45,478 nt of DNA from an uncultured Fidelibacterota bacterium (GCA_913040915.1 CAJWHW010000015.1:1-45478), one strand, 5' to 3'. Counted from the stretch's first letter, positions 1 through 9,312 are shown. Numbers and translations are program-made. The notes: generated from the letters alone by a model not told the origin.

Positions 1-71
1 CCCGGACAGGATTCGAACCTGTGACCCTCTGCTTAGAAGGCAGATGCTCTATCCAGCTGAGCTACCGGGGC
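1..71 (-). tRNA. tRNA-Arg(UCU), 3' end cut by window edge
   Basis: Reverse complement reads GCCCCGG-TA-GCTC(AGCTGGATA)GAGC-A-TCTGC(CT TCT AA)GCAGA-GGGTC-ACAGG(TTCGAAT)CCTGT-CCGGG: a cloverleaf with anticodon TCT. Confidence 0.96.
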
Positions 72-163
72 ATATTTAATAAAATTAATGTAAAAATAGT
101 GGAGTGGAACTTACCCTGATAAGGGAAATCATTCTGATAAAAAAGAGTTGAAAATAGTTATTT

Positions 164-232
164 TTTCTCGTCGAGTGACCGACGAGAAATTTCTTGACAT
201 CTACTCTGAGAAGCCGTACGTTTCTCGTCGAG
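164..232 (+). promoter_or_regulatory. Sigma70-type promoter with three copies of an operator-like 10-mer
   Basis: TTGACA (194-199), 17 bp, TACGTT (217-222). TTTCTCGTCG at 164-173, its inverse CGACGAGAAA at 180-189, and a third copy at 221-230. Confidence 0.65.
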
Positions 233-297
233 ATGGTGAGATATTTCTCTCTATCCACTACCAAAAAATAAACCAAACAATAAAATTGGAGGCTTAA

Positions 298-525
298 ATG
301 GCTGAAGTTGTTGCCAATACTGGCGTATCAAAAGATAAAGGTTATCTCTATTACCTGGGTAAAGATGGAAATGTATGGCGTTCACAAATGGCCCGTGCAG
401 GGAAAGGCGGAGGAAATGCAGAAAAAGTTGCTGATGCGGGTGTAACTCGTGAATCAGGTTTTCTTTATTTCATTGATAAAAATGGGAATGTTTCTCGTTC
501 TCCCATGGCCAGAGGACGCAAATAG
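298..525 (+). CDS. Small basic protein made of two ~35-aa tandem repeats, function unknown
   Basis: GGAGG Shine-Dalgarno, upstream promoter and downstream terminator. Repeats AEVVANTGV..GYLYYLGKDGNVWRSQMAR and AEKVADAGV..GFLYFIDKNGNVSRSPMAR. Confidence 0.85.
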   Translation: MAEVVANTGVSKDKGYLYYLGKDGNVWRSQMARAGKGGGNAEKVADAGVTRESGFLYFIDKNGNVSRSPMARGRK

Positions 526-545
526 AGCATAAATATCAAGAAAAC

Positions 546-582
546 AAAAAAAGGCTCTCTTTTTTTGAGAGCCTTTTTTTTT
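546..582 (+). terminator. Intrinsic terminator (potentially bidirectional)
   Basis: A7-GGCTCTC-T7 loop-GAGAGCC-T9, just after the 75-aa ORF. Confidence 0.85.
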
Positions 583-670
583 ACTAAACATTGTATTAAG
601 TTCCGTAAATTACAATGGTTGTTTGTTGCAATAAATCCGAGGTAACACTGCTTCCTTAAAGAGAATAGTT

Positions 671-1444
671 ATGAAAAAGGTTATTATATTCATACTTGCA
701 ATAGTGGTTCTTGACCCTGTCTCAGGGCGTGAATTGCAATTGTTTGGTGGTAAAAAGAATGCTGCCAAAACAGAAAATAAAGGTGAAAAGGGTGAAATGA
801 TTATAGATCAATCACCTACCACAATTACGACACGGAAAAGTATTGAATCTGTGATCCCGGTAAAGCGTATACCTGATGGCTGGGTATTTCGTGATGAATT
901 ACTGGCATCATGGGAGTCTAATCTGCCAGCTGTATTGTCCATTATTCCGGATACTACAGTAGAAGTGGTTTATCATGATGATAACCGTACGACAAAAGAA
1001 GGATTCGTACTCCCCATCAAGCGTGCATCCGTTGAATTTCAGTATACATCCAGGTTGACACATGAGCAGATACGTCTCGAATTTGTTAATGTGGATTTTA
1101 TTTACAGTACAACGAATAATAATGATTCACATTTCATTCTTGAAGGCATAACCAAAAAAGTTAAACTGAAAGACACTGGTTTTCCCCAATTGGTTTCAAG
1201 TGACATTATTAAACATAAAGTATTAATGGAATACGGTACACCTAAAGAATTTGACGGTGTATGGCATATTTATGAAGACGTCAATTCTACCTATAAAGTT
1301 CGGGAATTGGATGAGCGTAATATCAAGGTTGAAATGACAAGCTTTAAAGTGAATGAAAAACTTGAAAAAGCTATTGACGATACCTATTCTAAACAGGGAA
1401 TTGAATATAAAAAACGCCTGATGGTTCAAGGTATTGACATTTAG
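671..1444 (+). CDS. Hypothetical exported protein
   Basis: 257-aa ORF with an N-terminal signal-like segment MKKVIIFILAIVVL. No family recognised. Confidence 0.7.
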   Translation: MKKVIIFILAIVVLDPVSGRELQLFGGKKNAAKTENKGEKGEMIIDQSPTTITTRKSIESVIPVKRIPDGWVFRDELLASWESNLPAVLSIIPDTTVEVVYHDDNRTTKEGFVLPIKRASVEFQYTSRLTHEQIRLEFVNVDFIYSTTNNNDSHFILEGITKKVKLKDTGFPQLVSSDIIKHKVLMEYGTPKEFDGVWHIYEDVNSTYKVRELDERNIKVEMTSFKVNEKLEKAIDDTYSKQGIEYKKRLMVQGIDI

Positions 1445-2747
1445 TCCTAAAGAATTCATTAATAGAAAAAGGCCTTATACAGGCCTTTTTTTATTTCCTT
1501 TTGTACTATTGTCCATCTTACAGGGAATGGCCTTTCATCCAAGAATTACAGCCATTGAAATCAAAGGGAATGAAAAGACTTTAGATTATATAATAGAGAG
1601 AGAAATTCAACACCGCATAGGAGTTCCATTAGATAGCACTATGGCAAAAGCAGACCGGAATCGATTGGAAAATTTAGGTATTTTTAGTGATGTAGAATGG
1701 TTTGCCATTCCATTGGAGGATGGAACAGCAATTTTATCATTTAGGATAATGGAATCGATTCAAAGAACACCTCCCGGTGTATTGCCTACTTACGAAGAAG
1801 ACACTGGTTGGTCCTTAGTTGGTGGATGGATCATCAAAAATTTTCGAGGAAGAAATCAAACTCTGCAACTTGGCGGCAGCATCGGTGGGAAAGATACCTA
1901 TGGCCTGAATTTCGTGGATCCATGGATTTTTGGAAACCATATATCATTTGCCTTGAACTTGGGACGGTCAATTTATAATCATAATTTTTTAGAGCGTATC
2001 ATTTCTATTAATTCCTTTAAGTTAGGATTAGGTAAATGGTTTGGAAATAATATAAAAACATCAACTGGATTAAAATATGAAAGGAAAACCTTCTCGAATG
2101 ATTACAATTCCAGTTCGTTTCTTTATTTTGTTCCAGATTTCTCAATAACCTATGATACGAGAGATATTTACTGGAATCCTTCGAGAGGGGTAAGGTTTTC
2201 TCAATATGTTTATCATATGGAGGGGATTCAACCACAGAATTATTCGCTCACATTTTGGCGTCAATCCTATTCTGGTTTTATCAAATTGAACTCTAAAGAT
2301 GAAAAGCTGATTTTTGCCGTAAACACATCAATAAATAGGAAATGGGGAGACAAGGATGAATTCTGGTTAAATTATTTTGGAGATTCATTTACAATTAGAG
2401 GTTGGTTACTTCCAACAAAAAACCTTTATTCATCTTTAAAAGAATCGTGGCGATTTGGTCATGAATCCATCCATGCAACTGTTGAATTAAGGAAAGATAT
2501 CATTCCCAAATACGTTACATCATATGGCACGGAATTTGGGTTAGGTGTTGTTGCTTTTTATGATATAGGAAAAATTGCTAATGACTGGCAAAAATTAATG
2601 GAAATTTCTCCTATGTCTGGTGCTGGATTCGGAATACGAATCCCATTTCCTATGATTGATGTTTTGAGGTTTGATTATGGCTGGGGTTACCGAAATGGGG
2701 AATGGAATTCCGGTGCTTTCCACTGGGGAATACAGCAAAAATTTTAA
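1434..2747 (+). CDS. Omp85 (BamA/TamA-like) outer-membrane beta-barrel with one POTRA domain; start uncertain
   Basis: POTRA motif ITAIEIKGNEKT..IIEREI..RLENLGIFSDV, NFRGRNQ barrel start, IRGW lid-loop-like motif, C-terminal beta-signal FHWGIQQKF. Confidence 0.8.
   Translation: MTFSPKEFINRKRPYTGLFLFPFVLLSILQGMAFHPRITAIEIKGNEKTLDYIIEREIQHRIGVPLDSTMAKADRNRLENLGIFSDVEWFAIPLEDGTAILSFRIMESIQRTPPGVLPTYEEDTGWSLVGGWIIKNFRGRNQTLQLGGSIGGKDTYGLNFVDPWIFGNHISFALNLGRSIYNHNFLERIISINSFKLGLGKWFGNNIKTSTGLKYERKTFSNDYNSSSFLYFVPDFSITYDTRDIYWNPSRGVRFSQYVYHMEGIQPQNYSLTFWRQSYSGFIKLNSKDEKLIFAVNTSINRKWGDKDEFWLNYFGDSFTIRGWLLPTKNLYSSLKESWRFGHESIHATVELRKDIIPKYVTSYGTEFGLGVVAFYDIGKIANDWQKLMEISPMSGAGFGIRIPFPMIDVLRFDYGWGYRNGEWNSGAFHWGIQQKF
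1466..1492 (+). terminator. Terminator-like hairpin after ORF 671-1444
   Basis: AAAAAGGCCT-TATAC-AGGCCTTTTTTT. It lies within the predicted 5' end of the Omp85 ORF. Confidence 0.55.
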
Positions 2748-3409
2748 GATTTCTTTTTCAAAATCATCGCTTTTTCAAAACGGTTTTCTTTACCAGACCT
2801 AAGCCGGGTGATATTTGAACGGTGGGTATAAATCACAAAAAAAGGTACGAGTAGACTAAAAACCAATAGTGACAATTCTGCTGGTTCAATTCCAAAGACA
2901 GGTAAAACCAATATGATAACAGGCAGAGAAACGCTGGCAATGATAGAACCGACAGAAACATATCCTGTTAATATTAATGTAATTGTGAATGCTAAAATGC
3001 ATAGAGGGAATGCTAAGGGAAATATTGCAACCAGCATTCCTCCTAAAGTTCCAACACCTTTTCCACCTTTAAACCCGGCAAAGATTGTATATGTATGCCC
3101 TAAAACTGCAAAGAATCCACACAGAATTTGTAATAGTCCCTGATCTGGAATTGCTGTTAGCTCATAGAATGCTTGTGCATAATAGTATGCAGGAAGCCAA
3201 CCCTTAAATATATCCACTGTAATAACGACAAGAGCAGGTTTCCAGCCTAGAACTCGAAATACATTCGTTCCGCCAGCATTTCCGCTGCCATGTTCCCGAA
3301 TATCAATGCCTCGAGTGATTTTTCCTATAATAATACTTGTAGGGAATGAGCCAGTGACATAACTAGAAAATAGGAGCAGAATTAAGATAAGGATCTGATT
3401 ATCCAACAA
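2744..3409 (-). CDS. plsY: Acyl-phosphate:glycerol-3-phosphate acyltransferase
   Basis: Motifs SYVTGSFP, DIREHGSGNAGGTNVFR, DIFKG, FKGGKGV and HRSNITRL..GKE. Confidence 0.95.
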   Translation of the reverse strand: MLDNQILILILLLFSSYVTGSFPTSIIIGKITRGIDIREHGSGNAGGTNVFRVLGWKPALVVITVDIFKGWLPAYYYAQAFYELTAIPDQGLLQILCGFFAVLGHTYTIFAGFKGGKGVGTLGGMLVAIFPLAFPLCILAFTITLILTGYVSVGSIIASVSLPVIILVLPVFGIEPAELSLLVFSLLVPFFVIYTHRSNITRLRSGKENRFEKAMILKKKS

Positions 3410-5183
3410 GTCTGTCCTTTAAAGACTGGATCGCAATCACCAAAGAATCTGGACCGGCATGTACTCCCAAGGCAGGTCCTATTTCAGTTGTAACAACTTT
3501 TTCAGCGCCTAATTCTTCAAAATGAATTCTTGCTTTTTCAGCAATATCTGGTGCATTTCCATGTGCCAACCCTACTCTGAATGGTCCATCTGGAATTTTA
3601 TTTGTGACAAATTTAACTAATTTTTCTGTCTTATAATTAGAACCAAATGTTTTTCCTATGGTATTGATACCATTTTTTGCAAATGACAAAATTGGATTAA
3701 TACGAAGTAAATTAGCAATCTTCTTTTTGTTAGCTGAAACTCGGCCACCCTTTACAACATAATCCAAAGTATTCAAACCTATATAGACAGTTGTAGATTC
3801 CACAGCAAGATGCACGATTTGTAAAATCTCATCTTTGTCGAACCCCTGTTGAACAGCTTCTGCGGCTCTAAGAGCAATCAATCCAATACCTACGGAACCA
3901 TTATGTGAGTCTACCAAATCAACCGGGAGTCCTTTTGTGTCATCAGCCGCTAGAATTGCCGATTGCATCGTGCCACTAACAGAAGCTGGCAGGTGAATGG
4001 AAATTGCATTTTTGTAATGCCCCGTTAAAAATTGGTATTGTCGACGAAAATCACCTTGAGTAGGTTGAGAAGTCTGTGGGTGGATCGGATTCGTTTTTAG
4101 CTGGTGCCAAAACTCTTCGGGTGTAATTGTGACTTTATCCACATGATGTTCGTCGCCAAAGTTGAGCCGAACTGGGACCATATGAATATTAAATTCTTCT
4201 AAAATTTCTTCAGGTAAGTCACAACCAGAATCAACGATAATGGCAATTTTTTTATGGCTTCCATGTGCGTCTTTCTGTTGTTTGAGCATATCATCTGCTT
4301 TTTCACCTGTTACAATACCATATTCGTTACAAAGAGTAAAAATTGCTTGAGGATCATTGGTGTGAATGTGAATTTTTGCTTTTTTCTTGGAACCGGCAAG
4401 AACAATACTGCTGCCCAAATTTATGAGTTGTTCCTTGAGTTTGATTCGGTTAATATCATCTCCTGCGACAAGACATTCTGTGCAGAAGCGATAATCATCA
4501 TTAATATCCACTTCAAAATTTTCAACTGGTTCTGCAATTGCAGAAGTGTCTACATCATCGACCTCACCATTTTCAATAAAATGTTTAATCCCTTCAAGAA
4601 AATCAACAAAGCCCTGAGCACCTGCATCTACAACACCAGATTTTTTTAAAATGGCTAATTTTTCAGGGGTTTTCCTTAAAGATTCTTTAGCCTCCTCAAA
4701 AGCAAAATCTAGAATTTTTACAAAATCATCATGTTTTTCATGGATATTTTTAATGGAATCAGCCCAGTCTGAAATAACAGATAAAATGGTTCCTTCTTTA
4801 GGCTCGGATAAGGCATCATAGGAATAATTTTTGGCAGTCCTAATTGCTTGGGAAAATCTCTTGGGTGTAAGTTTTTGTAATTGGCTTACCCCATCAGCAA
4901 AACCAACAAAAAATTGTGCCAGGATTGACCCTGAATTTCCCCGTGCACCATTTAATGATGCATCAGCAATTGCATCTGCGACCTTCGAAACCTGTTTATT
5001 ATTATTTGATTTGGTCTCTTCAGAAATTGTGGCCAAGGTAAAAGCCATGTTAGTTCCTGTGTCTCCGTCTGGAACTGGGAACACATTAATTTTATTTAAG
5101 TAATCTTTTCGGGTTATTACATGGTTAATACCAGCTTGGATTGCGCGTTGAAGTCTGAAGCCGTCAATGTACTTGATTTTCAT
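3399..5183 (-). CDS. Fatty-acid kinase FakA (DAK2) fused to FakB (DegV)
   Basis: N-terminal LNKINVFPVPDGDTGTNM, GARGNSG, GVVDAGAQG and CTE..KIHIHT. C-terminal DegV motifs IIVDSGCDLP, TSQPT, SVSGT, GGR and GVHAGP. Confidence 0.9.
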   Translation of the reverse strand: MKIKYIDGFRLQRAIQAGINHVITRKDYLNKINVFPVPDGDTGTNMAFTLATISEETKSNNNKQVSKVADAIADASLNGARGNSGSILAQFFVGFADGVSQLQKLTPKRFSQAIRTAKNYSYDALSEPKEGTILSVISDWADSIKNIHEKHDDFVKILDFAFEEAKESLRKTPEKLAILKKSGVVDAGAQGFVDFLEGIKHFIENGEVDDVDTSAIAEPVENFEVDINDDYRFCTECLVAGDDINRIKLKEQLINLGSSIVLAGSKKKAKIHIHTNDPQAIFTLCNEYGIVTGEKADDMLKQQKDAHGSHKKIAIIVDSGCDLPEEILEEFNIHMVPVRLNFGDEHHVDKVTITPEEFWHQLKTNPIHPQTSQPTQGDFRRQYQFLTGHYKNAISIHLPASVSGTMQSAILAADDTKGLPVDLVDSHNGSVGIGLIALRAAEAVQQGFDKDEILQIVHLAVESTTVYIGLNTLDYVVKGGRVSANKKKIANLLRINPILSFAKNGINTIGKTFGSNYKTEKLVKFVTNKIPDGPFRVGLAHGNAPDIAEKARIHFEELGAEKVVTTEIGPALGVHAGPDSLVIAIQSLKDRLVG

Positions 5184-5186
5184 GTA

Positions 5187-5780
5187 CTATGGTAATGGAT
5201 TTTCTTCTGGTGCAAGCAGACCACCAGAAATAATTGTCTTCAAACCTTCTTCTACGCTCATGCCTGTTGGCCGTGCATCTGCTTGAGGAATCATTAAAAA
5301 AAAGCCAGAAGTGGGATTAGGTGTTGTAGGCACAAATAAATGGTAATAGGGAATCCCATCTTTTGACTTTGATTCACCGCTGATAAAGGCCATGGTCCAT
5401 AACCCTTGTCTTGGATATTCAATATATACAGCTCCTTCAAAGGCTTCAGTTGTTCCTTTTGTGAAAGTTTCGGTGATCTGTTTTAAAGTAGAATAAACAG
5501 TATTCACTATAGGGACTTTGGTGACGAATCTTTCCCCTATAGCAAAAATTTTTCTACCTAGGAAATTGGTTACAATTACACCCAAAATAAAAATAAAAAC
5601 AATGGTAAGTACTATTCCTAAACCTGGAATCTCCAATCCTATATTTTTAAGCATGGGGGCAGACATACGTTCCAAAGTTTCAAACAAGAACCTGAGGATA
5701 AAAAATGTCAGATAAAGAGGGAGGAGAGCAGCAATGCCCGCAAAAAGTTTAGATCGAAAATTCTGTATAATTGAATTCAT
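5187..5780 (-). CDS. DUF502 family membrane protein
   Basis: Two N-terminal TM helices, then VPIVNTVYSTLKQI, IEYPRQG, FVPTTPNPTSGF and MSVEEGLKTIISGG. Confidence 0.88.
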   Translation of the reverse strand: MNSIIQNFRSKLFAGIAALLPLYLTFFILRFLFETLERMSAPMLKNIGLEIPGLGIVLTIVFIFILGVIVTNFLGRKIFAIGERFVTKVPIVNTVYSTLKQITETFTKGTTEAFEGAVYIEYPRQGLWTMAFISGESKSKDGIPYYHLFVPTTPNPTSGFFLMIPQADARPTGMSVEEGLKTIISGGLLAPEENPLP

Positions 5781-5846
5781 AAGAAGATAAAATTAATTTA
5801 TGTAAAATTAGAAAAAAAAAAAGACAAGTGTAAGTATGTTTTCATT

Positions 5847-6329
5847 TTATAAATTCAAATTTATACCTTCATGTCTCAGAAGAATCATTTTTTTATCCAA
5901 TCCACCTCCATATCCACCTAAAGTTCCATCTGATGCTAAAATACGGTGACAGGGAATAAACACGGCAATTGGATTATTGGCATTAGCAGATCCCACAGCT
6001 CTACAGGCTTTTTCATTACCCACACGTTTGGCTATTTCTTTATATGAAACAGTTTCACCAAATGGAACCTTGGCCACTTCCAACAAAACTTTTTTATAAA
6101 ATCGTGGTATTTCTAGTTCTAATGGAACATTGAAGGATTTTTTTTCTCCTTCAAAATATTCCTTTAGTTCATTTAATGCATTTTGAAGAATAAAAGATCG
6201 TTTATTTTCAGGTGTCTCTTTTTTATTTTTATCGACTTTGTTTTCTAAATATAATCTATATACACCTTTCTCATTTGTTTGTATACCAAGAGTGCCAATG
6301 AGTGTATTAATTCTGGCGAATTCTTTCAT
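5847..6329 (-). CDS. ogt: Methylated-DNA--protein-cysteine methyltransferase
   Basis: VPFGETVSY, RAVGSANANNP, active-site PCHR and LGGYGGGL. Confidence 0.93.
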   Translation of the reverse strand: MKEFARINTLIGTLGIQTNEKGVYRLYLENKVDKNKKETPENKRSFILQNALNELKEYFEGEKKSFNVPLELEIPRFYKKVLLEVAKVPFGETVSYKEIAKRVGNEKACRAVGSANANNPIAVFIPCHRILASDGTLGGYGGGLDKKMILLRHEGINLNL

Positions 6330-6408
6330 TTAAATTTACCAGAATTGTGCCAATAGTGAAGAGTACTACTCTAAATAATGTAACCAATTATAGAACCTTC
6401 TATTTTAT

Positions 6409-6456
6409 AAAAAGATCGCCCTAAATCTTGAGATTATCAAAAGATAGGGCGATCTT
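6409..6456 (-). terminator. Intrinsic terminator of secDF
   Basis: 12-bp inverted repeat AAGATCGCCCTA / TAGGGCGATCTT, followed by a T run on the minus strand. Confidence 0.65.
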
Positions 6457-6485
6457 AAATTTGTTGTTTTTTTGACTAATTAGTT

Positions 6486-7403
6486 TCAGGAATCCATTTT
6501 TATCACCACTGGACTCGCAACAAAGATGCTGGAATAGGTCCCGACAATAACTCCAATTATCATTGCAAATGCAAAAGTATGAATTACTTCACCTCCAACT
6601 AGAAATAGAATTAAAACGACCATAAACGTTGTTAGGGATGTAATGATTGTCCTGCTCAAAGACTGGTTAATACTGTCATTGATTACAGAAGATAGAGCAG
6701 AATTTTTACCACTTTTTACATTTTCTCTTACACGATCAAATATTACGATAGTATCATTCAATGAGTAACCAACAATGGTAAGAAATGCTGCAATAACAGC
6801 CAAGGATACTTCATATCCAAGGATAGAAAAAATACCAAGTGTAATAAATACATCATGGGTTAGGGCTGCAATAGCACCCAAAGCATATTTAAATTCGAAA
6901 CGAATAGAAATGTAAATCAGAATTAAGGCCAATGAACTAATGATAGCCATAATAGCATCACCGCTCAATTCTGCTCCAATCTTGGGTCCAACTTTTTCAA
7001 TGGATAAAATAAACTCTGTCTTATTATCCGGCACTAATGATGGGAATGCACCAGCCATTTTCTCCACAAATTTTTGAGAAAACTGTTCCGGTTCATCAGC
7101 CATGCTGGGAATCCGAACAGCTACGTTAGATTTATCGCCAAAATGTTTTATTTCTGCTTTACTAAAATCGAAAGTTTGGCCATCAATAGTGATCTGATTC
7201 AAGGAATTCCTAACTACATTGATATCTACTGGTTCAGTGTAATTAACAGCAATCAATGTTCCACCTTTAAAATCAATACTCAATTTAGGGCCGCCATTGA
7301 TCACCATTGATGTAATACCTGCAATGATCAGGAAGGCAGACAATATTCCGGCAATACCTGTCTTACTCATAAAATCAATACGGGTTTCTTTAATAATTCT
7401 CAT
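6486..7403 (-). CDS. secF: Protein translocase subunit SecF
   Basis: IDFKGGT, VGPKIG, HDVFI, GYSLNDTIVIFDRVRE, RTIITS and GTYSSIFVA. Confidence 0.96.
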   Translation of the reverse strand: MRIIKETRIDFMSKTGIAGILSAFLIIAGITSMVINGGPKLSIDFKGGTLIAVNYTEPVDINVVRNSLNQITIDGQTFDFSKAEIKHFGDKSNVAVRIPSMADEPEQFSQKFVEKMAGAFPSLVPDNKTEFILSIEKVGPKIGAELSGDAIMAIISSLALILIYISIRFEFKYALGAIAALTHDVFITLGIFSILGYEVSLAVIAAFLTIVGYSLNDTIVIFDRVRENVKSGKNSALSSVINDSINQSLSRTIITSLTTFMVVLILFLVGGEVIHTFAFAMIIGVIVGTYSSIFVASPVVIKMDS

Positions 7404-7404
7404 C

Positions 7405-9312
7405 TTAAATACTCAAAGTTGTAAGACCCTTACGGGATGTGTAAGAATTAAAAATTGTTCGTGTAATAAAAACAGCTGTGAACATAGAAATTAAAATTCC
7501 CCAAAATAATACCGTTGCAAATCCTTTAATAGGTCCTGTTCCAAACTGATAAAGAACAAGTGATGCAATTAGAGTTGTTACATTGGCATCAATAATCGTT
7601 GTTAACGCTCGGTCATAACCGGCATCGATGGCTGCTTTTGGCGTTTTTCCTTTTCGAAGTTCTTCCCTGACACGTTCAAAAATAATCACGTTGGCATCTA
7701 TGGACATACCTACAGTTAGGATTAAACCTGCGATTCCTGGAAGAGTTAAGGTAGCTTGTAATGATGCTAATACCGCCAACACAAGGAGAATATTCCAAAT
7801 CAAGGCAAAATCAGCAACTGTTCCCGCCAACTTGTAATAAACCAGCATGAAAACCAGGACTAAAGTCAGTCCCAAAATAACAGCTTGCGTTCCTTGGGAA
7901 ATCGAATCAGCTCCAAGGCTTGGGCCAACAATCCTTTCTTCAATAATATTAACTGGAGCAGGTAAGGCACCAGCCCGCAGAATAATGGCAATATCCTTTG
8001 CTTCATTCATATTCGAAAAGCCTTCAATCTGAGTTCGTCCGCCTGGTATTTTTTCACGAATTGATGGCGCCATATGTACTTTTTTATCTAAAACTATAGC
8101 TATCCGTTCACCTACATTTGCACCAGTGACGCGAGCCCATGTGCGAGAACCGTCACTATTCATAGTCAAAGAGACAACGGGCTGACCTGCGGAGCCTCCA
8201 CCCAAAGCCCCTAGATCTGCTCTTGCCTCATCTACAACACCACCTGTTAGTTCTGCTGTTTTTTCCAAATAGTATAATCTGTAAAACTTGTTTTGAGTTG
8301 TTGCACCTTGAAGGGGCTCAGACCCATCACTGAAAAGAAATTGTCCATTTGCACTTTTCAATTTGGATTGGACTTCAGGTTTCTCAAGTAATTTTTTTAA
8401 TGCATAAAGATTTTTTTCCTGTATACCTAAATCATTACCAAGAGATGTAATAAATCCTGAAAAAGGTGCTTCACCAAAAATTTCCGAGGTGACATTTTCT
8501 AAAGTATCGTTAGGGTCAGCATCCGTTTCACCAAAAAGTTCTGATACTGTTTTTATTCCATTATCGCCTTTTGTTGTATCTGCTTGTTTTTCCTTTTCAG
8601 TTTTTCCTGCGTTAGCAAGTTCCTTTAATTCTGTTTCATCAGTGGTTTCTTTTAAAACATCATCTAATTGAGAAATTATTTCATTGGTAACTGCAATATT
8701 TTTTACTAGATAAAATTCAAGCAGTGCTGTACTCTGGAGCAAGGCTCGCGCACGTTCTGAATCCTGAATACCAGCCAATTCGACAACAATTCGATGTTTG
8801 CCTTGTTTCTGGATTGTTGGCTCAGAAACACCGAATTGATCTACACGATTTTGGAGAATTTCCAAGACGCGGTTAATCGCATCATCTGCCTCTTCTTTCA
8901 GGGAGATTATAATATCATTTAGGGATGCACCATATTGGTGATAATATCTGGAGAGTTTGATACCATCTATCTTCACTTCCTGCTCAAAAACTGCAAAAAA
9001 GTCCAAATCAGGTAAAGTAGATTTTTCTTTAGCAGATTTAAGGATGCCTATCAAACGCTCATCCTTCATATCGGCAAGGTTTTCCATCAAGGTCGGTATA
9101 TCTGCTTCTAGGACAATATACATACCACCTTTCAAGTCTAAACCCTGGCGAATGATACGAGATTCAATTTGTTCAAGATCCCCGGTTGTCCGGAGTTCTT
9201 CTTTTTCATCGGCGGACAAATTTTGGAATTGCCAGGTTGGCAATAGAGAGTAAATCGCCCAGGCGAGTATGACGCCAATGATTAAAAATCTAGGAGTTGA
9301 ATTGCTTTGCAT
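7405..9312 (-). CDS. secD: Protein translocase subunit SecD
   Basis: GLDLKGG, RVDQFGVSEP, LRAGALPAP, TLTLPGIAG and DANVIIFERVREE. ATG at 9312 preferred as start. Confidence 0.96.
   Translation of the reverse strand: MQSNSTPRFLIIGVILAWAIYSLLPTWQFQNLSADEKEELRTTGDLEQIESRIIRQGLDLKGGMYIVLEADIPTLMENLADMKDERLIGILKSAKEKSTLPDLDFFAVFEQEVKIDGIKLSRYYHQYGASLNDIIISLKEEADDAINRVLEILQNRVDQFGVSEPTIQKQGKHRIVVELAGIQDSERARALLQSTALLEFYLVKNIAVTNEIISQLDDVLKETTDETELKELANAGKTEKEKQADTTKGDNGIKTVSELFGETDADPNDTLENVTSEIFGEAPFSGFITSLGNDLGIQEKNLYALKKLLEKPEVQSKLKSANGQFLFSDGSEPLQGATTQNKFYRLYYLEKTAELTGGVVDEARADLGALGGGSAGQPVVSLTMNSDGSRTWARVTGANVGERIAIVLDKKVHMAPSIREKIPGGRTQIEGFSNMNEAKDIAIILRAGALPAPVNIIEERIVGPSLGADSISQGTQAVILGLTLVLVFMLVYYKLAGTVADFALIWNILLVLAVLASLQATLTLPGIAGLILTVGMSIDANVIIFERVREELRKGKTPKAAIDAGYDRALTTIIDANVTTLIASLVLYQFGTGPIKGFATVLFWGILISMFTAVFITRTIFNSYTSRKGLTTLSI

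Noticed and set aside
85..276. 63-aa minus-strand ORF
   Set aside because: It overlaps the promoter/operator region, has no recognisable features, and is probably spurious.
4135..4143. Perfect DnaA box TTATCCACA
   Set aside because: Isolated and inside the Fak fusion coding sequence; no cluster.
6360..6372. AGAGTA-C-TACTCT palindrome upstream of ogt as a possible SOS/Ada operator
   Set aside because: Single short instance with no match to a motif I know; could arise by chance.
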